This document shows, in pieces, positions 11,553-21,950 of a DNA stretch of 64,000 nucleotides; position 1 is the first letter of the stretch; each line of letters begins with the position of its first letter. The DNA is from Thermoplasmata archaeon. Its GTDB lineage: Archaea > Thermoplasmatota > Thermoplasmata > Methanomassiliicoccales > Methanomethylophilaceae. The DNA lies in the NCBI GenBank assembly GCA_015063135.1, contig SUTA01000001.1, forward strand, positions 42,791 through 106,790. Reading direction: 5' to 3'. The notes below the pieces were generated by a model. The model searched no databases. It was not told where the DNA came from and was given only the letters and a program-made list of their open reading frames with translations. The position numbers and the translations under genes were made by a program.

Positions 11553-12227
11553 GTGGATAGCAAAATCATTCTGATAGTGATCGTCGCAGCCCTAGTCGCC
11601 GTTGGAGCGGTGGCCGTCGTGACCCTGAGCTCCGGATCCAACGACACCCCGCCATCATCCGATATGGTGCGCTATGAGGGCAACGGCGGAGCCACGGACG
11701 ACGGGATAACCCATTACGACACGAAGATGACGAACGTGCAGAAGAGCCTCTTCAAGAAGGAGGATTACCACTTCAAGGAGTGGAACACCAAGGCCAACGG
11801 CAGCGGTACTGCATACCAACCCGGCCAGACCGTGTCCCTGGGAACCGTCCTGTACGCCCAATGGTCCGATGCGAATTCCGTGGATGCTGTGAACTTGTAC
11901 ACCAGCGTATTCCACCTCTTCATCGGCCAGAAGGGCAGCTCGGATCTGGTGAACATAGATGACGGCAGCGCAGACCTCCCTGCGAGCAGCGCCATCCTGG
12001 TGGTCAGCCCCGTCGACAAGGAGGCACAGATCACCGTCGCCGATAACCTGCAGATAACCATCGTCTCCGGCACGAAGACCTACAAGGTCGACCTCGGCCT
12101 CCCCGCAAGCGGCCTGTCGTTCACGGGCGGCGACGTGCTGAGCAGCGGCATCGCGGCATACCTGGACATAGGCCAGAGCGGGAAGAACGCCATCGCCACC
12201 GTATCGATATCCGTGATCCAGCACCGA
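11553..12227 (+). CDS. Membrane-anchored protein with one InlB B-repeat (Listeria-Bacteroides repeat)
   Basis: N-terminal TM helix; YEGNGG...FKEWNTKANGSG...LYAQW. CGA at 12225-12227. Confidence 0.7.
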
Positions 12228-12260
12228 TCGGCGGCACGGAAAAACCTGTAAACGGTTTCA

Positions 12261-12285
12261 GGCATCGGGGGAATCCCCCGATGCC
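12261..12285. terminator. Hairpin between convergent genes
   Basis: Perfect 11-bp stem GGCATCGGGGG-AAT-CCCCCGATGCC. Confidence 0.6.
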
Positions 12286-12293
12286 CCTTGTTT

Positions 12294-12473
12294 TCACTCT
12301 GCGGGCTCCCACTTGCACCTGACGGGAGAGACGATCTTCCCCTCGGCCTTCAGCTCCTTGAACGCCTTGTCGATCTCCTTCCTGTCGATGCCGGTGGCCT
12401 TCTCGACCTCTCCGGCGCTCATGGGCTTGCCTGCGGCTTTCATAGCCTTGATGACGTCGTCCTTGACTGCCAT
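12294..12473 (-). CDS. Small winged-helix protein (59 aa), absent from the ORF track
   Basis: Read manually: MAVKDDVIKAMKAAGKPMSAGEVEKATGIDRKEIDKAFKELKAEGKIVSPVRCKWEPAE-TGA. AGAGGGGG upstream. Confidence 0.75.
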   Translation of the reverse strand: MAVKDDVIKAMKAAGKPMSAGEVEKATGIDRKEIDKAFKELKAEGKIVSPVRCKWEPAE

Positions 12474-12504
12474 GGGTGCGTAACCCCCTCTTGGGATAAT
12501 AAAC

Positions 12505-13299
12505 TCGGTGCCTCTTCCCGGGCTTGCCGGGCTTGTAGGCCTTGAGGTACTTCAGGACCTCCTGATCCGTGGGGGAGTCGGTCCATTCGGGCGTGTACCC
12601 GCCCTTGATGTACTCGTTGTACCACTCCTCGCACAGCCTCATGGGCTCCCGCATGTCCATCTTATCCATGACGATGATGGCTGTGTTCTCCGGGGTCGGA
12701 ACCCAGAACTTGGGGCGGTCGTAGTCCTCGTCCTCCAGGAACCCGACCAGGAAGACTATCCTGTCGAGCTTGGAGAGCTCCGCGTAGAGGGAGGCCTGCA
12801 GAATGTAGGACTCGGGGACGACGGTGACGTTGCCGTCCGCATCGAGCCATTTGCTGCGGTCGTGTGAGGTCTTGATCTCAAGTATCGTGTCCCTCTTCCC
12901 GTCGACCTGGATGTAGCCATCCACCAGGCCGCCGAAGACCTTGTTGTCATGGAAGTGGTCGTAACCGCAGAGCTCCTTCTCCACGGGCTCCTCAACGCCC
13001 ACCTTCACGCCCTCTCCGAGCCCCATGGGGCCCTGCAGGAGCTGGACCACGTTCTTCGCCAGGTAGTTCCTCAGGATGGGCTCGATGATGTTGCCCGCCT
13101 CGAGATACTTGTTCGACTTGTCGCCGGGATACAGTCCCGCGATCTCGCAGGCGATCTTGAACGGGGAGGAGAAGTCGCTCTTCCCCAGGATGGGGCCCAT
13201 GCGGGTCCCGGTGATCTTCTTGAACCTGTAGACATCGAAGACGACAGTGCGTTCGTCCTCGTCTATGTCGACTATGCTAGCCCTTCCGTCGAACGCCAT
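12505..13299 (-). CDS. YqaJ/lambda-exonuclease-like PD-(D/E)XK nuclease
   Basis: KKITGTRMGPILG, GNIIEP, GGLVDG, ILEIKT, YILQASLY. ATG at 13299; ends PGKRH-CGA. Confidence 0.7.
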
Positions 13300-13332
13300 G
13301 CTGGGTGCATTGATTCGGAGTATATCGTTTGC

Positions 13333-13659
13333 TCGGTCCCCGCATAGCCAATCCATCACGTTGACTACTTCTATCCCCTCATATGAACCGAGCCCGAAAC
13401 TGTCGGTCGTCAGGATCACCTTGCGATAGTTGTCGGAAATCCTACTGAGCGGCCTTAACTCCCTGGCCCTTGTCTCCTCTGCGAGCATGGTCTGGGTTAC
13501 CTGATAGTATATGGTTTCGTCCGCCTTCTTTGCGGTGAAATCTATTTCCGAATCCTTGTAGCTTCCAACCGATACCTTGTAGCCTCTCCTCAACAGCTCA
13601 AAGAAAACGGCATTTTCCAAGGGCCTGCTCAAATCGGCGAGATCACCGGGATTTAACAA
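13333..13659 (-). pseudogene. C-terminal fragment of an AAA+ ATPase/DUF4143 protein
   Basis: LENAVFFELLRRGY, EIDF, YYQV, RELRPL, DNY, DWL are the typical C-terminus. The N-terminal ATPase is missing and GC is lower. Ends at CGA. Confidence 0.7.
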
Positions 13660-13660
13660 A

Positions 13661-13749
13661 TCTGACTGTTAATAAATTCTGTAAAAATAGAATTAATATC
13701 CAATACTGATTAAAAATTCTGAAAAATTAGAATAAATCATACAGTCAGA
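13661..13749. repeat. AT-rich 89-bp element with 9-bp terminal inverted repeats and two internal palindromes
   Basis: TCTGACTGT...ACAGTCAGA. AATTCT-N8-AGAATT at 13675-13694 and AATTCT-N8-AGAATA at 13715-13734. Confidence 0.6.
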
Positions 13750-13850
13750 ATTGTGCTGGTTCTGCAGGTCATCCCGGGCAAATCATCTCATCCGTAGAAT
13801 CTTTAGAGGTGTCGCCAACGGACACAGGATTTCCGAAAATACTCTGATGT

Positions 13851-14429
13851 TTAATGAGCGATGGATTCGGTTATGACGGTGCACCAACGAATGCCGGTCT
13901 TCTGGTCGGTGTCGGACCACAGGTCGAGGACCGCGAAGCCGTTGGACTCCGCCAAATCACGGAGCGATCCCTGCGTCATGTCAGTGTAATGGCGGCCGTC
14001 CCTCTCTCCCTCGAAGTCCCCCTCCTTGAAAGACATCAGCAGCAATCCTCCCGGGACAAGGGCCCTGCGTATCTTCGCCAGGACACCGGGCAGCTCCGCC
14101 GACGGCAGGTGCAGGAGCGTGCCGAAGGCCCATGCGGCGTCGAACTCCGATTCGTAATCCAGATCGCCGAACATCAGGTGCCTGACCTCCAGGCCGGTGT
14201 TCCTGCGGGCGATGCGGCACATCCCCTCGGACCCGTCTATCGGGGTCACGGCGTAGCCCATCCTGTGGAAGGCCAGGGAGTCCCTGCCGGAGCCGCAGCC
14301 CAGGTCGATGATCCTGCATCCCGGCTTCAAGAATGCCAGGAACCTGTCCCTGGTCGGGGACATGTCCGACCCGAAGGTCTTCTCGGAGTACCCCTCCGGA
14401 TCCGCGTCGTAGAACCCGATCGTGTCCAT
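13851..14429 (-). CDS. Class I SAM-dependent methyltransferase
   Basis: IIDLGCGSGRD, TLLHLP, LVPGGLL. ATG at 14429 with an in-frame CGA just upstream. Ends TAA. Confidence 0.8.
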   Translation of the reverse strand: MDTIGFYDADPEGYSEKTFGSDMSPTRDRFLAFLKPGCRIIDLGCGSGRDSLAFHRMGYAVTPIDGSEGMCRIARRNTGLEVRHLMFGDLDYESEFDAAWAFGTLLHLPSAELPGVLAKIRRALVPGGLLLMSFKEGDFEGERDGRHYTDMTQGSLRDLAESNGFAVLDLWSDTDQKTGIRWCTVITESIAH

Positions 14430-14525
14430 GCCACTGCATCGCTTCGACGATGATAAAGGCACCAGCCCCCTGGATTCAAGCGAACGGGTATATCCGATGA
14501 TTGCCATCGGGGCGGCAGTGATCCG

Positions 14526-15968
14526 ATGTACGCGGAAGGGAAGATATGGATAGCCGGCAGCGACGAGAAAGTCTACTTGTATCCGGAGATGGCCAACAGG
14601 CACGGCCTGATAACAGGGGCCAGCGGAACCGGGAAGACCGTGACCCTCAGGGTGCTGGCCGAGTCGTTCAGCGCCGCCGGGGTGCCCGTGTTCTTCTCCG
14701 ACATGAAAGGTGACGTGGGCGGCATCTGCAAGCCGGGAGACGACACCGAGAAGATGCGCAAGCGCATCGCCAAGTTCGGCATCGAGGACTTCGAGTTCAC
14801 CGGGTTCCCCACCAGATTCTGGGATGTGTACGGAGAGACCGGACACCCGGTCAGAGCCACCATGTCATCCATGGGCGCGCCCCTGCTGGCCAGGCTCATG
14901 GGCCTCTCCGACGTCCAGGCCGACGTCCTGAACGTGGTGTACAGGATCTGCAAGGACAAGAAGTGGGAGATCATCGACACCAAGGACCTCCGCGCGGTCC
15001 TCCAGTACGTATCGGAGCACAGGAACGACTACGTCGCCGAGTACGGCCAGATGTCCACCCAGAGCCTCGGCGCCGTCCAGAGGTCCCTCAGGTCCCTCGA
15101 GGACAGCGGAGGGGACGTGTTCTTCGGGGAGCCCGCCATCGAGCTCACCGACTGGATGCAGTGCGACAAGGACGGCAGGGGGCTCATCAACGTCCTGAAC
15201 TCCGAGAAGCTGTCCAGGAACCCCACCCTCTACGGCACGTTCATGATGTGGCTTATGCAGGAGCTCTTCGAGGAGCTTCCCGAGGCCGGAGACATCGACA
15301 AGCCCAAGCTGGTCTTCTTCTTCGACGAGGCCCACATGCTCTTCTCCGACGCTCCCAAGTCCCTCGTCCAGAAGATCGAGCAGATGGTCAAGCTGATCAG
15401 GTCCAAGGGAGTCGGCATCTACTTCGTGAGCCAGAGCCCCTCGGACATCCCCGACAGCGTCCTGGCCCAGCTGAGCAACAGGATCCAGCACGCCCTGCGC
15501 GCTTACACCCCCGCGGAGCAGAAGGCCGTTAGGGCCGCCGCCAGCGCGTTCAGGCCCAACAAGGCGTTCAAGACCGAGGAGGCGATCATGGAGCTGGGAG
15601 TGGGCGAGGCCCTCGTGTCCTGCCTGGACGAGAACGGAACCCCCACCGTCGTGCAGAGGGCGTTCATCCTGCCCCCTCAGAGCAACCTGAAGGCCCTGGA
15701 TGCCGCCGGATACGAGAAGGCCGTCAAGGACTCCCCGTTCAACAAGAAGTACAAGGACAGGGTGGACAGGAGCTCCGCTTACGAGGCCATCCAGAAGCTC
15801 AACGCCGCCGAGGAGAAGGCAGAGGCGAAGAAGTCGGCACCTGCAAAGAAGGCCCCGGCGAAGAAGTCGGCCGCCGCCAAGACCGCGGAGAAGGCTGCGA
15901 CGAGGGCCGCATCCTCCGCGGGCAGGACCATCGGAAACGCCCTGGTCAAGAGCCTCTTCAAGAAGTAA
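14526..15968 (+). CDS. DUF853/YjgR HerA-like ATPase
   Basis: ANRHGLITGASGTGKT, FFFDEAH, IRSKGVG, QHALRAYTP. Ends TAA. Confidence 0.85.
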   Translation: MYAEGKIWIAGSDEKVYLYPEMANRHGLITGASGTGKTVTLRVLAESFSAAGVPVFFSDMKGDVGGICKPGDDTEKMRKRIAKFGIEDFEFTGFPTRFWDVYGETGHPVRATMSSMGAPLLARLMGLSDVQADVLNVVYRICKDKKWEIIDTKDLRAVLQYVSEHRNDYVAEYGQMSTQSLGAVQRSLRSLEDSGGDVFFGEPAIELTDWMQCDKDGRGLINVLNSEKLSRNPTLYGTFMMWLMQELFEELPEAGDIDKPKLVFFFDEAHMLFSDAPKSLVQKIEQMVKLIRSKGVGIYFVSQSPSDIPDSVLAQLSNRIQHALRAYTPAEQKAVRAAASAFRPNKAFKTEEAIMELGVGEALVSCLDENGTPTVVQRAFILPPQSNLKALDAAGYEKAVKDSPFNKKYKDRVDRSSAYEAIQKLNAAEEKAEAKKSAPAKKAPAKKSAAAKTAEKAATRAASSAGRTIGNALVKSLFKK

Positions 15969-15978
15969 ACGGTTTCAC

Positions 15979-15999
15979 GCCCCGGGGCCTCCCCGGGGC
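15979..15999. terminator. Hairpin between convergent genes
   Basis: GCCCCGGGG-CCT-CCCCGGGGC, immediately after the CGA of the minus-strand gene. Confidence 0.55.
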
Positions 16000-16713
16000 T
16001 CGCAATCCCAATTTCTCCAGCAGCTCCTTCCTCTCGCCATCGGTGAGGTCGCGGTACCTCCCCGTCGACAGGTCGCCGAGCTCGATGTTCATCACCCTAA
16101 CGCGGACCAGCCTCTTCACCTTCATGTCGAAGGACTCGCACATGCGGCGGATCTGGCGGTTGAGGCCCTGCCTCAGGACGATCCTGAACGTGCGGTCGTC
16201 CACCTTCGAGACCTCGCACTTCTTGGTGACCCTTACCTCCCCGTCGGCCATGACGATGGGCACGCCCTTGGACATGGCCTTCAGGAACTCGTCGGTGACG
16301 TCCCTGTCCACGGTCACCACGTACTCCTTCTCGTGCTCCCCCTTGGAGCGCATGACCCTGTTGGCCAGCTCGCCGTTGTTCGTCAGCAGGATCAGCCCCT
16401 CGGAGTCCTTGTCCAGCCTCCCCACGGTGTGCACCCTCGTCGGGTACCTGAGGTAATCCACGATGTTCGTGGGGTCGGAGCGGTCCTCGGTGCAGGTGAT
16501 GCCGCGGGGCTTGTTGAACGCCAGCAGGATGTCCTTCTCCGGGGGCCTGACGGGCTTGCCGTCGACCTCCACGGTATCGCCGTCCGAGACCTTGTCCCCC
16601 AGGACGGCGACCCTGCCGTTGATCCTCACGCGGCCCTCCTCCACGAGCCTGTCGGCCCCGCGCCTGGAGGAGGCACCGCACTCGCTGAGGTACTTGTTGA
16701 GGCGGGCCTCCAT
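16000..16713 (-). CDS. S4-domain rRNA pseudouridine synthase (RsuA/RluF family)
   Basis: RLNKYLSECG.SRR.AD, NKPRG, VGRLDKDSEGL, GLNRQIRRM. Ends LGL-CGA. Confidence 0.85.
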
Positions 16714-17399
16714 CGGTTCTCCCCGATGGTCTCCTCGGCGCTCTGGATGCACCTGGTGAGGACGGTGTACGCGTTGATCATATCCGATTCGCCCACGATG
16801 AATATCGTGTCGGTGTGACAGCTGACGGTCTCCTCGATGTTGATGCCAGCATCGGAGAGGTTGGTGATCAGGTAGGCGATGACACCGCTGGTGTCCACGA
16901 TCATCTCGGGGGACTTGACGGCGATCTCCACGAGGTTCTCCCTCACCTTGATCAGGTTGAACCTGCCGACGGTGTCGATGATCCTGTCCTTGAGCATGCG
17001 GTCGGCGATGATGGTGACCGCGGATGCGGATTGGACGCACTGCATGATGGAGTTCTCGTTCCAGAGGTCCTTGAAAAGGTTGTCCATCTTATGGAGCACC
17101 GACCAATCGTTCTTGGCGGTGACGATGCAGGTCTTGGTGCGCATCTCCAGCCTGCTGTCCTTGAGAATCCTGAGGATGTTCATCTCGTGCTCGGAAGTTG
17201 TCCCGAGCTTGGAGGCGTAGCGCCTGCACGCTATCATAACGGCCTCCTCGTTGGTGAGACCCATGTCCTTCATTATCAATCTGGACAGGGAAGAGTAGTT
17301 GATGAGCCCCTTGGACACGCAGTCCTTGATGCTCGGATGGGAATCTATGTAGAGCCTGGTCTTCTCGGCGAGGCTCTCCTTCGGCGCGCTGTTGGACAT
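16713..17399 (-). CDS. Archaeal ACT-domain regulatory protein
   Basis: LINYSSLSR N-terminus; C-terminal ACT-like GVIAYLITNLSDAGINI. Its CGA overlaps the next ATG (CGATG). Confidence 0.7.
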
Positions 17400-17531
17400 G
17401 CTGGATAGTATGTTCGCCAAGGTATATTAATGTTCGATTTGAGACAAAAGATGATGATGTTATCATCAAAAGGGACAGTGCAGACGGATACGAATCTGTT
17501 TAGGTATGCCCCCGGAGGGGCGGAAATGGTT

Positions 17532-18704
17532 TCGGAGGCACTCCTTGAGGAGCGCCGTGAAGCGGTCCTTCTGCCCGTCGTTCAGGATGAGCGGCGGGAT
17601 GAGGCGGACGGTGTTGCCGTGGCACACGTTGACCAGCACTCCGTTGTCGCGGCAGTGCTTCTGCACTGCGATGGCGGCCTCGTTGGACTCCATCTCTATG
17701 CCGATGATCAGGCCCAAGCCGCGGACTTCCTTCACCTTGGGACTCTGGATGGCCTTCAGGTCCTTCATCCAACGGGCGCCCAGGTCGCGGGAGTTCTCCA
17801 CGAGCTTGTCCTTCTTCATGATGTCCAGGACGGCGCATCCGGAGGCGGTCACCAGAGGGTTCCCGCCGAACGTGGTCCCGTGGGACCCGGGGGTCATGAC
17901 CTTGGAGATCTCCTCGGTGGACGTCACGGCGCCGATGGGGGCGCCGCCTCCCAGGGCCTTCGCCATGGTGATTATGTCGGGGACGACACCGTAATTCTGG
18001 ATCCCGTACCACTGCCCGGTGCGGCCGATCCCGGTCTGCACCTCGTCCACGATCATCAGCGCGCCCTTGTCATCGCACTCGTCGCGGATGGTCTTGAAGA
18101 ACTCCTTCTGCGCGGTGCGGACGCCGCCCTCGGCCTGGATGGGCTCGACTATGACGGCCGCCACGTCCTTGGAGATCATGCCCTTGACGGACTCGGGGTC
18201 CCCGAACCCGTAGTACTCGAAGGCCTGGCTGATCAGAGCCTCGAAGGTGTCCTGGTACTTCTTCTGGCCGGTGGCGCCCAGGGCGGCCGCCGTGCGGCCG
18301 TGGAAGCCGTTCAGGGCGGACATGACCTTCTTCCTGCCGGTGTAGCGCACCGCCAGCTTCAGCGCTCCCTCGTTGGCCTCGGCGCCGCTGTTGACGAACA
18401 GGGTGCGGTCGAGGTCCCCGGGGGTGATGGATGCGATCTTCTCGGCCAGGCGCGCCTGCTCCTCCACGTAGTAGAGGTTCGATACGTGCACCATCTTCGC
18501 GACCTGGTCCTGGACGGCCTCCACCCATCCAGGGTGGGCGTATCCCAGGGCGTTCACGGCGATTCCGGACACCAGGTCTAGGTACTCATTGCCCTCGGCG
18601 TCGTAGAGGTAGCACCCTTTTCCGTGGGTGAAGGCCAGGTCTATGCGGCCGTAGTTCTGGAACAGATACTTGGAGCTGAGCTCCTTGACTTCTTCGAATT
18701 TCAT
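17532..18704 (-). CDS. argD: Acetylornithine aminotransferase
   Basis: NSGAEANE, FHGRT, DEVQTGIGRTG, MAKALGGG, HGTTFGGNP, RLIPPL. 390 aa if ended at CGA. Confidence 0.9.
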
Positions 18705-18708
18705 TTGA

Positions 18709-19524
18709 TCACTTCGTGATTACAGTCCCGTGAGGGGTGTTCTTCATCACATCGGACACTATGCTGCGGGGGTCCTTCCCGTTGACCATGCGCACCACTG
18801 ACACTCCGGCCAGCAGCGCGCTGCGGCACGCCTCCACCTTGGGGATCATGCCGCCGGAGATGGTGCCGTCCGCTATCAGGGCGTCCACCTCCGCCAATGT
18901 TATCGTGTTTATCTTCGACGAGGGGTCGTTCACGTCCCTCAGGATCCCGGGGACGTCGGTGATGGTGATCATCTCCCTGCACCTCACGCCCGCGGCGATG
19001 CCCGCGACCATGGTATCGGCGTTGACGTTGAGCATCGTCCCCCGGGCGTCCTTCCCGATGGGGTAGATGACGGGGGTGATGCCCTGCTCCAGCAGGTCCA
19101 GGATGCTGTTGGGGTCGGTGTCCTCCACCTCCCCGACGAGCCCGAGGTCGACCTCCTTCTCGACGCCGTCCTCGACGGCCTTCACCGGGGTCTTCCTCCT
19201 GCACACGGTGCACATGTACCCGGGCATGCCGATGGCGGTGACCCCGCACTCCTGCAGGCAGGAGACAACATCGCCGTTCAGCCTGCGGAGCACCAGCTCT
19301 GCGACCTCCAGGCCCGCCTCGTCGGTCACCCTGACGCCGGAGACCTTCTTGGGGGTCATGCCGCGCCTCTCCATCTCCTCCGAGATCTCCGGGCCGCCGC
19401 CGTGCACCAGCACTATCCTGGCGCCGTCGGCTATCAGGCCGGCGATCTCCTTGGACAGCCTCATGAGGTCGTCCCTTCCGCGGATGGCGTTCCCGCCGAA
19501 CTTCAGGACGTAGATGTTCTCCAT
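18709..19524 (-). CDS. argB: Acetylglutamate kinase
   Basis: KFGGNA, VHGGGPEI, NVNAD, GGMIPKV. Confidence 0.9.
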   Translation of the reverse strand: MENIYVLKFGGNAIRGRDDLMRLSKEIAGLIADGARIVLVHGGGPEISEEMERRGMTPKKVSGVRVTDEAGLEVAELVLRRLNGDVVSCLQECGVTAIGMPGYMCTVCRRKTPVKAVEDGVEKEVDLGLVGEVEDTDPNSILDLLEQGITPVIYPIGKDARGTMLNVNADTMVAGIAAGVRCREMITITDVPGILRDVNDPSSKINTITLAEVDALIADGTISGGMIPKVEACRSALLAGVSVVRMVNGKDPRSIVSDVMKNTPHGTVITK

Positions 19525-19533
19525 CCCGATCCC

Positions 19534-20760
19534 TCAGGTCGCGTACTCCGCGTTGATGCGTACGTAGTCGTAGGTCAGGTCGCAGCCCCATCCGGTGGCC
19601 GTCTCGCTTCCGGCACCGAGGTCCACGGCGATGGTGACCTCCTTGTTGTCCATGGCCATGCGCACGACCTCGACGGACCTCTCGTCCTGGAAGACCGGGG
19701 CACCGGAGTCCAGGATGGGGACCTCCATGTCGCCGCCCTTGATTGTCAGGCGGACGTCCTCTAGGACGAACTTGCAGCCGCTGTTCCCGAGGGCCATCAT
19801 GATGCGCCCGTAGTTCGGGTCCGACCCGAAGATCGCGGACTTGACCAGCGGGGAGTTGATGATGGTCTTGACCAGCTTCCTGGCGTCGTCCTTTGTCTCG
19901 GCTCCCGTCACCTGCACCTCGATCAGCTTGGTGGCGCCCTCGCCATCCATGGCGATGGTGCGGGCGATCTTGGTCATGACCGTGCGGAGGGCCTCGATGA
20001 ACTCGGGGTCCTTGTCGGCGACGGCGCCCTTGGACATGCCGTTCGCCATGAGGATGCAGGTGTCGTTGGTGGACTGGTCGCCGTCGACGGACACCATGTT
20101 CATGGAATCGTCAAGGATGGACTGCCAGGTGGGCAGGAACTCCGGGGAGAGGTTGGCGTCGGTGGTCACCAGGGACAGGGTGGTCCCGTGGAGCACCTGC
20201 ATGTGGGGCGCGATCATCCCGCTGCCCTTCGATATGGCGCCGATGTACACCAGCGTCCCGTCGCTGAGGCGGACGCGGGCGGAGCACTCCTTCTTGATCG
20301 TGTCGGTGGTCATGATGGCCTCGGCCAGCAGCCCGTCGGCCTCGCGGCCCTGGGAGAGCTCGCGGCAGGCGCGGGAGATGCCGTAGCGGACCTTGTGCAT
20401 GTCCATGAAGCGGCCGATGAGGCCGGTGGACATGACCCCGACGGTGACGGGGTCGAGCGACAGCTCGGCTGCGACCGCCTGCTTCATGGCCAGCGCGTCC
20501 TCTATGCCGCGGCGCCCGGTGAGGGCGTTGGCGTTGCCGCTGTTGACCACGACGGCCTGCAGCTTCGGGGAGTTCTCCCTCATCATCACCTGCACGGGCG
20601 CGGCCTTCACGTTGTTGCTCGTGTACCCGACGAAGGCGCTCGCGGGCACCTCGGAGTACAGCACGGCCAGGTCCAGGGAGCGGTACTTCACACCGCTGTG
20701 GACGCCTGCCGCCTTGAATCCCTGCGGAGTGGTGACTCCGCCGTCTATTATCTCTACCAT
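19534..20760 (-). CDS. argJ: Ornithine acetyltransferase
   Basis: NSGNANA, STGLIG, IMTTDT, KGSGMIAP, DGDQSTND, DGEGATK, INAEY. Confidence 0.9.
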   Translation of the reverse strand: MVEIIDGGVTTPQGFKAAGVHSGVKYRSLDLAVLYSEVPASAFVGYTSNNVKAAPVQVMMRENSPKLQAVVVNSGNANALTGRRGIEDALAMKQAVAAELSLDPVTVGVMSTGLIGRFMDMHKVRYGISRACRELSQGREADGLLAEAIMTTDTIKKECSARVRLSDGTLVYIGAISKGSGMIAPHMQVLHGTTLSLVTTDANLSPEFLPTWQSILDDSMNMVSVDGDQSTNDTCILMANGMSKGAVADKDPEFIEALRTVMTKIARTIAMDGEGATKLIEVQVTGAETKDDARKLVKTIINSPLVKSAIFGSDPNYGRIMMALGNSGCKFVLEDVRLTIKGGDMEVPILDSGAPVFQDERSVEVVRMAMDNKEVTIAVDLGAGSETATGWGCDLTYDYVRINAEYAT

Positions 20761-20763
20761 TCC

Positions 20764-21780
20764 TCACACCCCCAGGCCCGGGAAGTCCAGGCCGGTTGCC
20801 TCATCCAGGCCGAGCATGAGGTTCATGCACTGGACGGCCTGGCCGGACGCCCCCTTTACGAGGTTGTCCACCACCCCGAAGGTCACCAGCTTGGAGCCGA
20901 TGACCTTGCTCGAGGTCTGCGCGTGGTTCGATGCGACCACGGCGCGGATCGAAGGTTCGGGGACGTGGTGCACGAAGCGCTCGTTCCCGTACTGTTTGCT
21001 GTATATCTCGTCGACCTGCTCCTGGGTCACCCCGTCCTTCAGGTCGAAGTAGCATGAAGATATGATGCCGCGGACTATGGGCACCAGGTTGGGCACGAAG
21101 GTGACCTTGCTGTGCGAGCCCGCGAAGCGGTCGACCGCCATCTCCACCTCGGGCGTGTGGCGGTGCTTCCCGACGCTGTACGGGATGATGGACTCCCCGC
21201 AGGTCGAGTGGTGGGTGCGCTCCGTGGGGACCATGCCCGCGCCGGAGGTCCCGGATTTGGCATCGACGATGATCTCGTCCCCAACGAGCCCTGATTTGAG
21301 TATCGGGGCGCAGGCGAGGATGATGGACGTCGCGTAGCAGCCGGGGTTGGCCACCAGGTCGGCGCCCTTGATCTCGTCGCGGAAGAACTCGGGGAGGCCG
21401 TAGACGGCGTCCTGCAGGTTCTCGACGTCCGTGTGGGTGTGCCCGTACCACTTCTCGTAGACGGCCACGTCGTGCAGGCGGTAGTCGCCGGACAGGTCGA
21501 TGGCCTTGATCCCTTGCTCCAGGAGCTCGGGGACCTCCTTCATGGCGACGCCGTGCGGGGTCGCGACGAACACGAGGTCCAGGTCCTTGGTCTGGGAGAT
21601 GCTCTCGGTGAACTCCAGGTCCACGTAGCCCTTCAGATAAGTGTGCACATCCTGGACCTTGCGTCCCGCGTTCTGGCGCGATGTCATCGCCGCGATCTCC
21701 ACGCCGGGATGCGTGCTGAGTATGCGGGCCAGCTCGCCGCCGGCGTACCCGGTCCCGCCGATAATGCCTACTTTCGTCAT
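20764..21780 (-). CDS. argC: N-acetyl-gamma-glutamyl-phosphate reductase
   Basis: GGTGYAG, DLSGDYRL, ANPGCY, SGTSGAG, DNLVKGASGQA. Confidence 0.92.
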   Translation of the reverse strand: MTKVGIIGGTGYAGGELARILSTHPGVEIAAMTSRQNAGRKVQDVHTYLKGYVDLEFTESISQTKDLDLVFVATPHGVAMKEVPELLEQGIKAIDLSGDYRLHDVAVYEKWYGHTHTDVENLQDAVYGLPEFFRDEIKGADLVANPGCYATSIILACAPILKSGLVGDEIIVDAKSGTSGAGMVPTERTHHSTCGESIIPYSVGKHRHTPEVEMAVDRFAGSHSKVTFVPNLVPIVRGIISSCYFDLKDGVTQEQVDEIYSKQYGNERFVHHVPEPSIRAVVASNHAQTSSKVIGSKLVTFGVVDNLVKGASGQAVQCMNLMLGLDEATGLDFPGLGV

Positions 21781-21950
21781 AGGATGTTTACTCCTTAGGG
21801 TTCATCTCCAAGAATCCTCTGTTATTAAGGCTATTGTTTGATACCAGACATTCGATGTCTCCAAATGAGACTATCGGACGTTAATGCAGTATGGCGGGCC
21901 GTTTCCGACACTTCGCGGGACAGAATGTAGACCCCATCGGATGATGGGCC

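Noticed and set aside
6496-13659. Apparent fusions Nre+membrane protein (735 aa) and DUF4143+YqaJ (512 aa)
   Set aside because: Both are split by CGA at natural domain ends, and each has a fresh ATG downstream.
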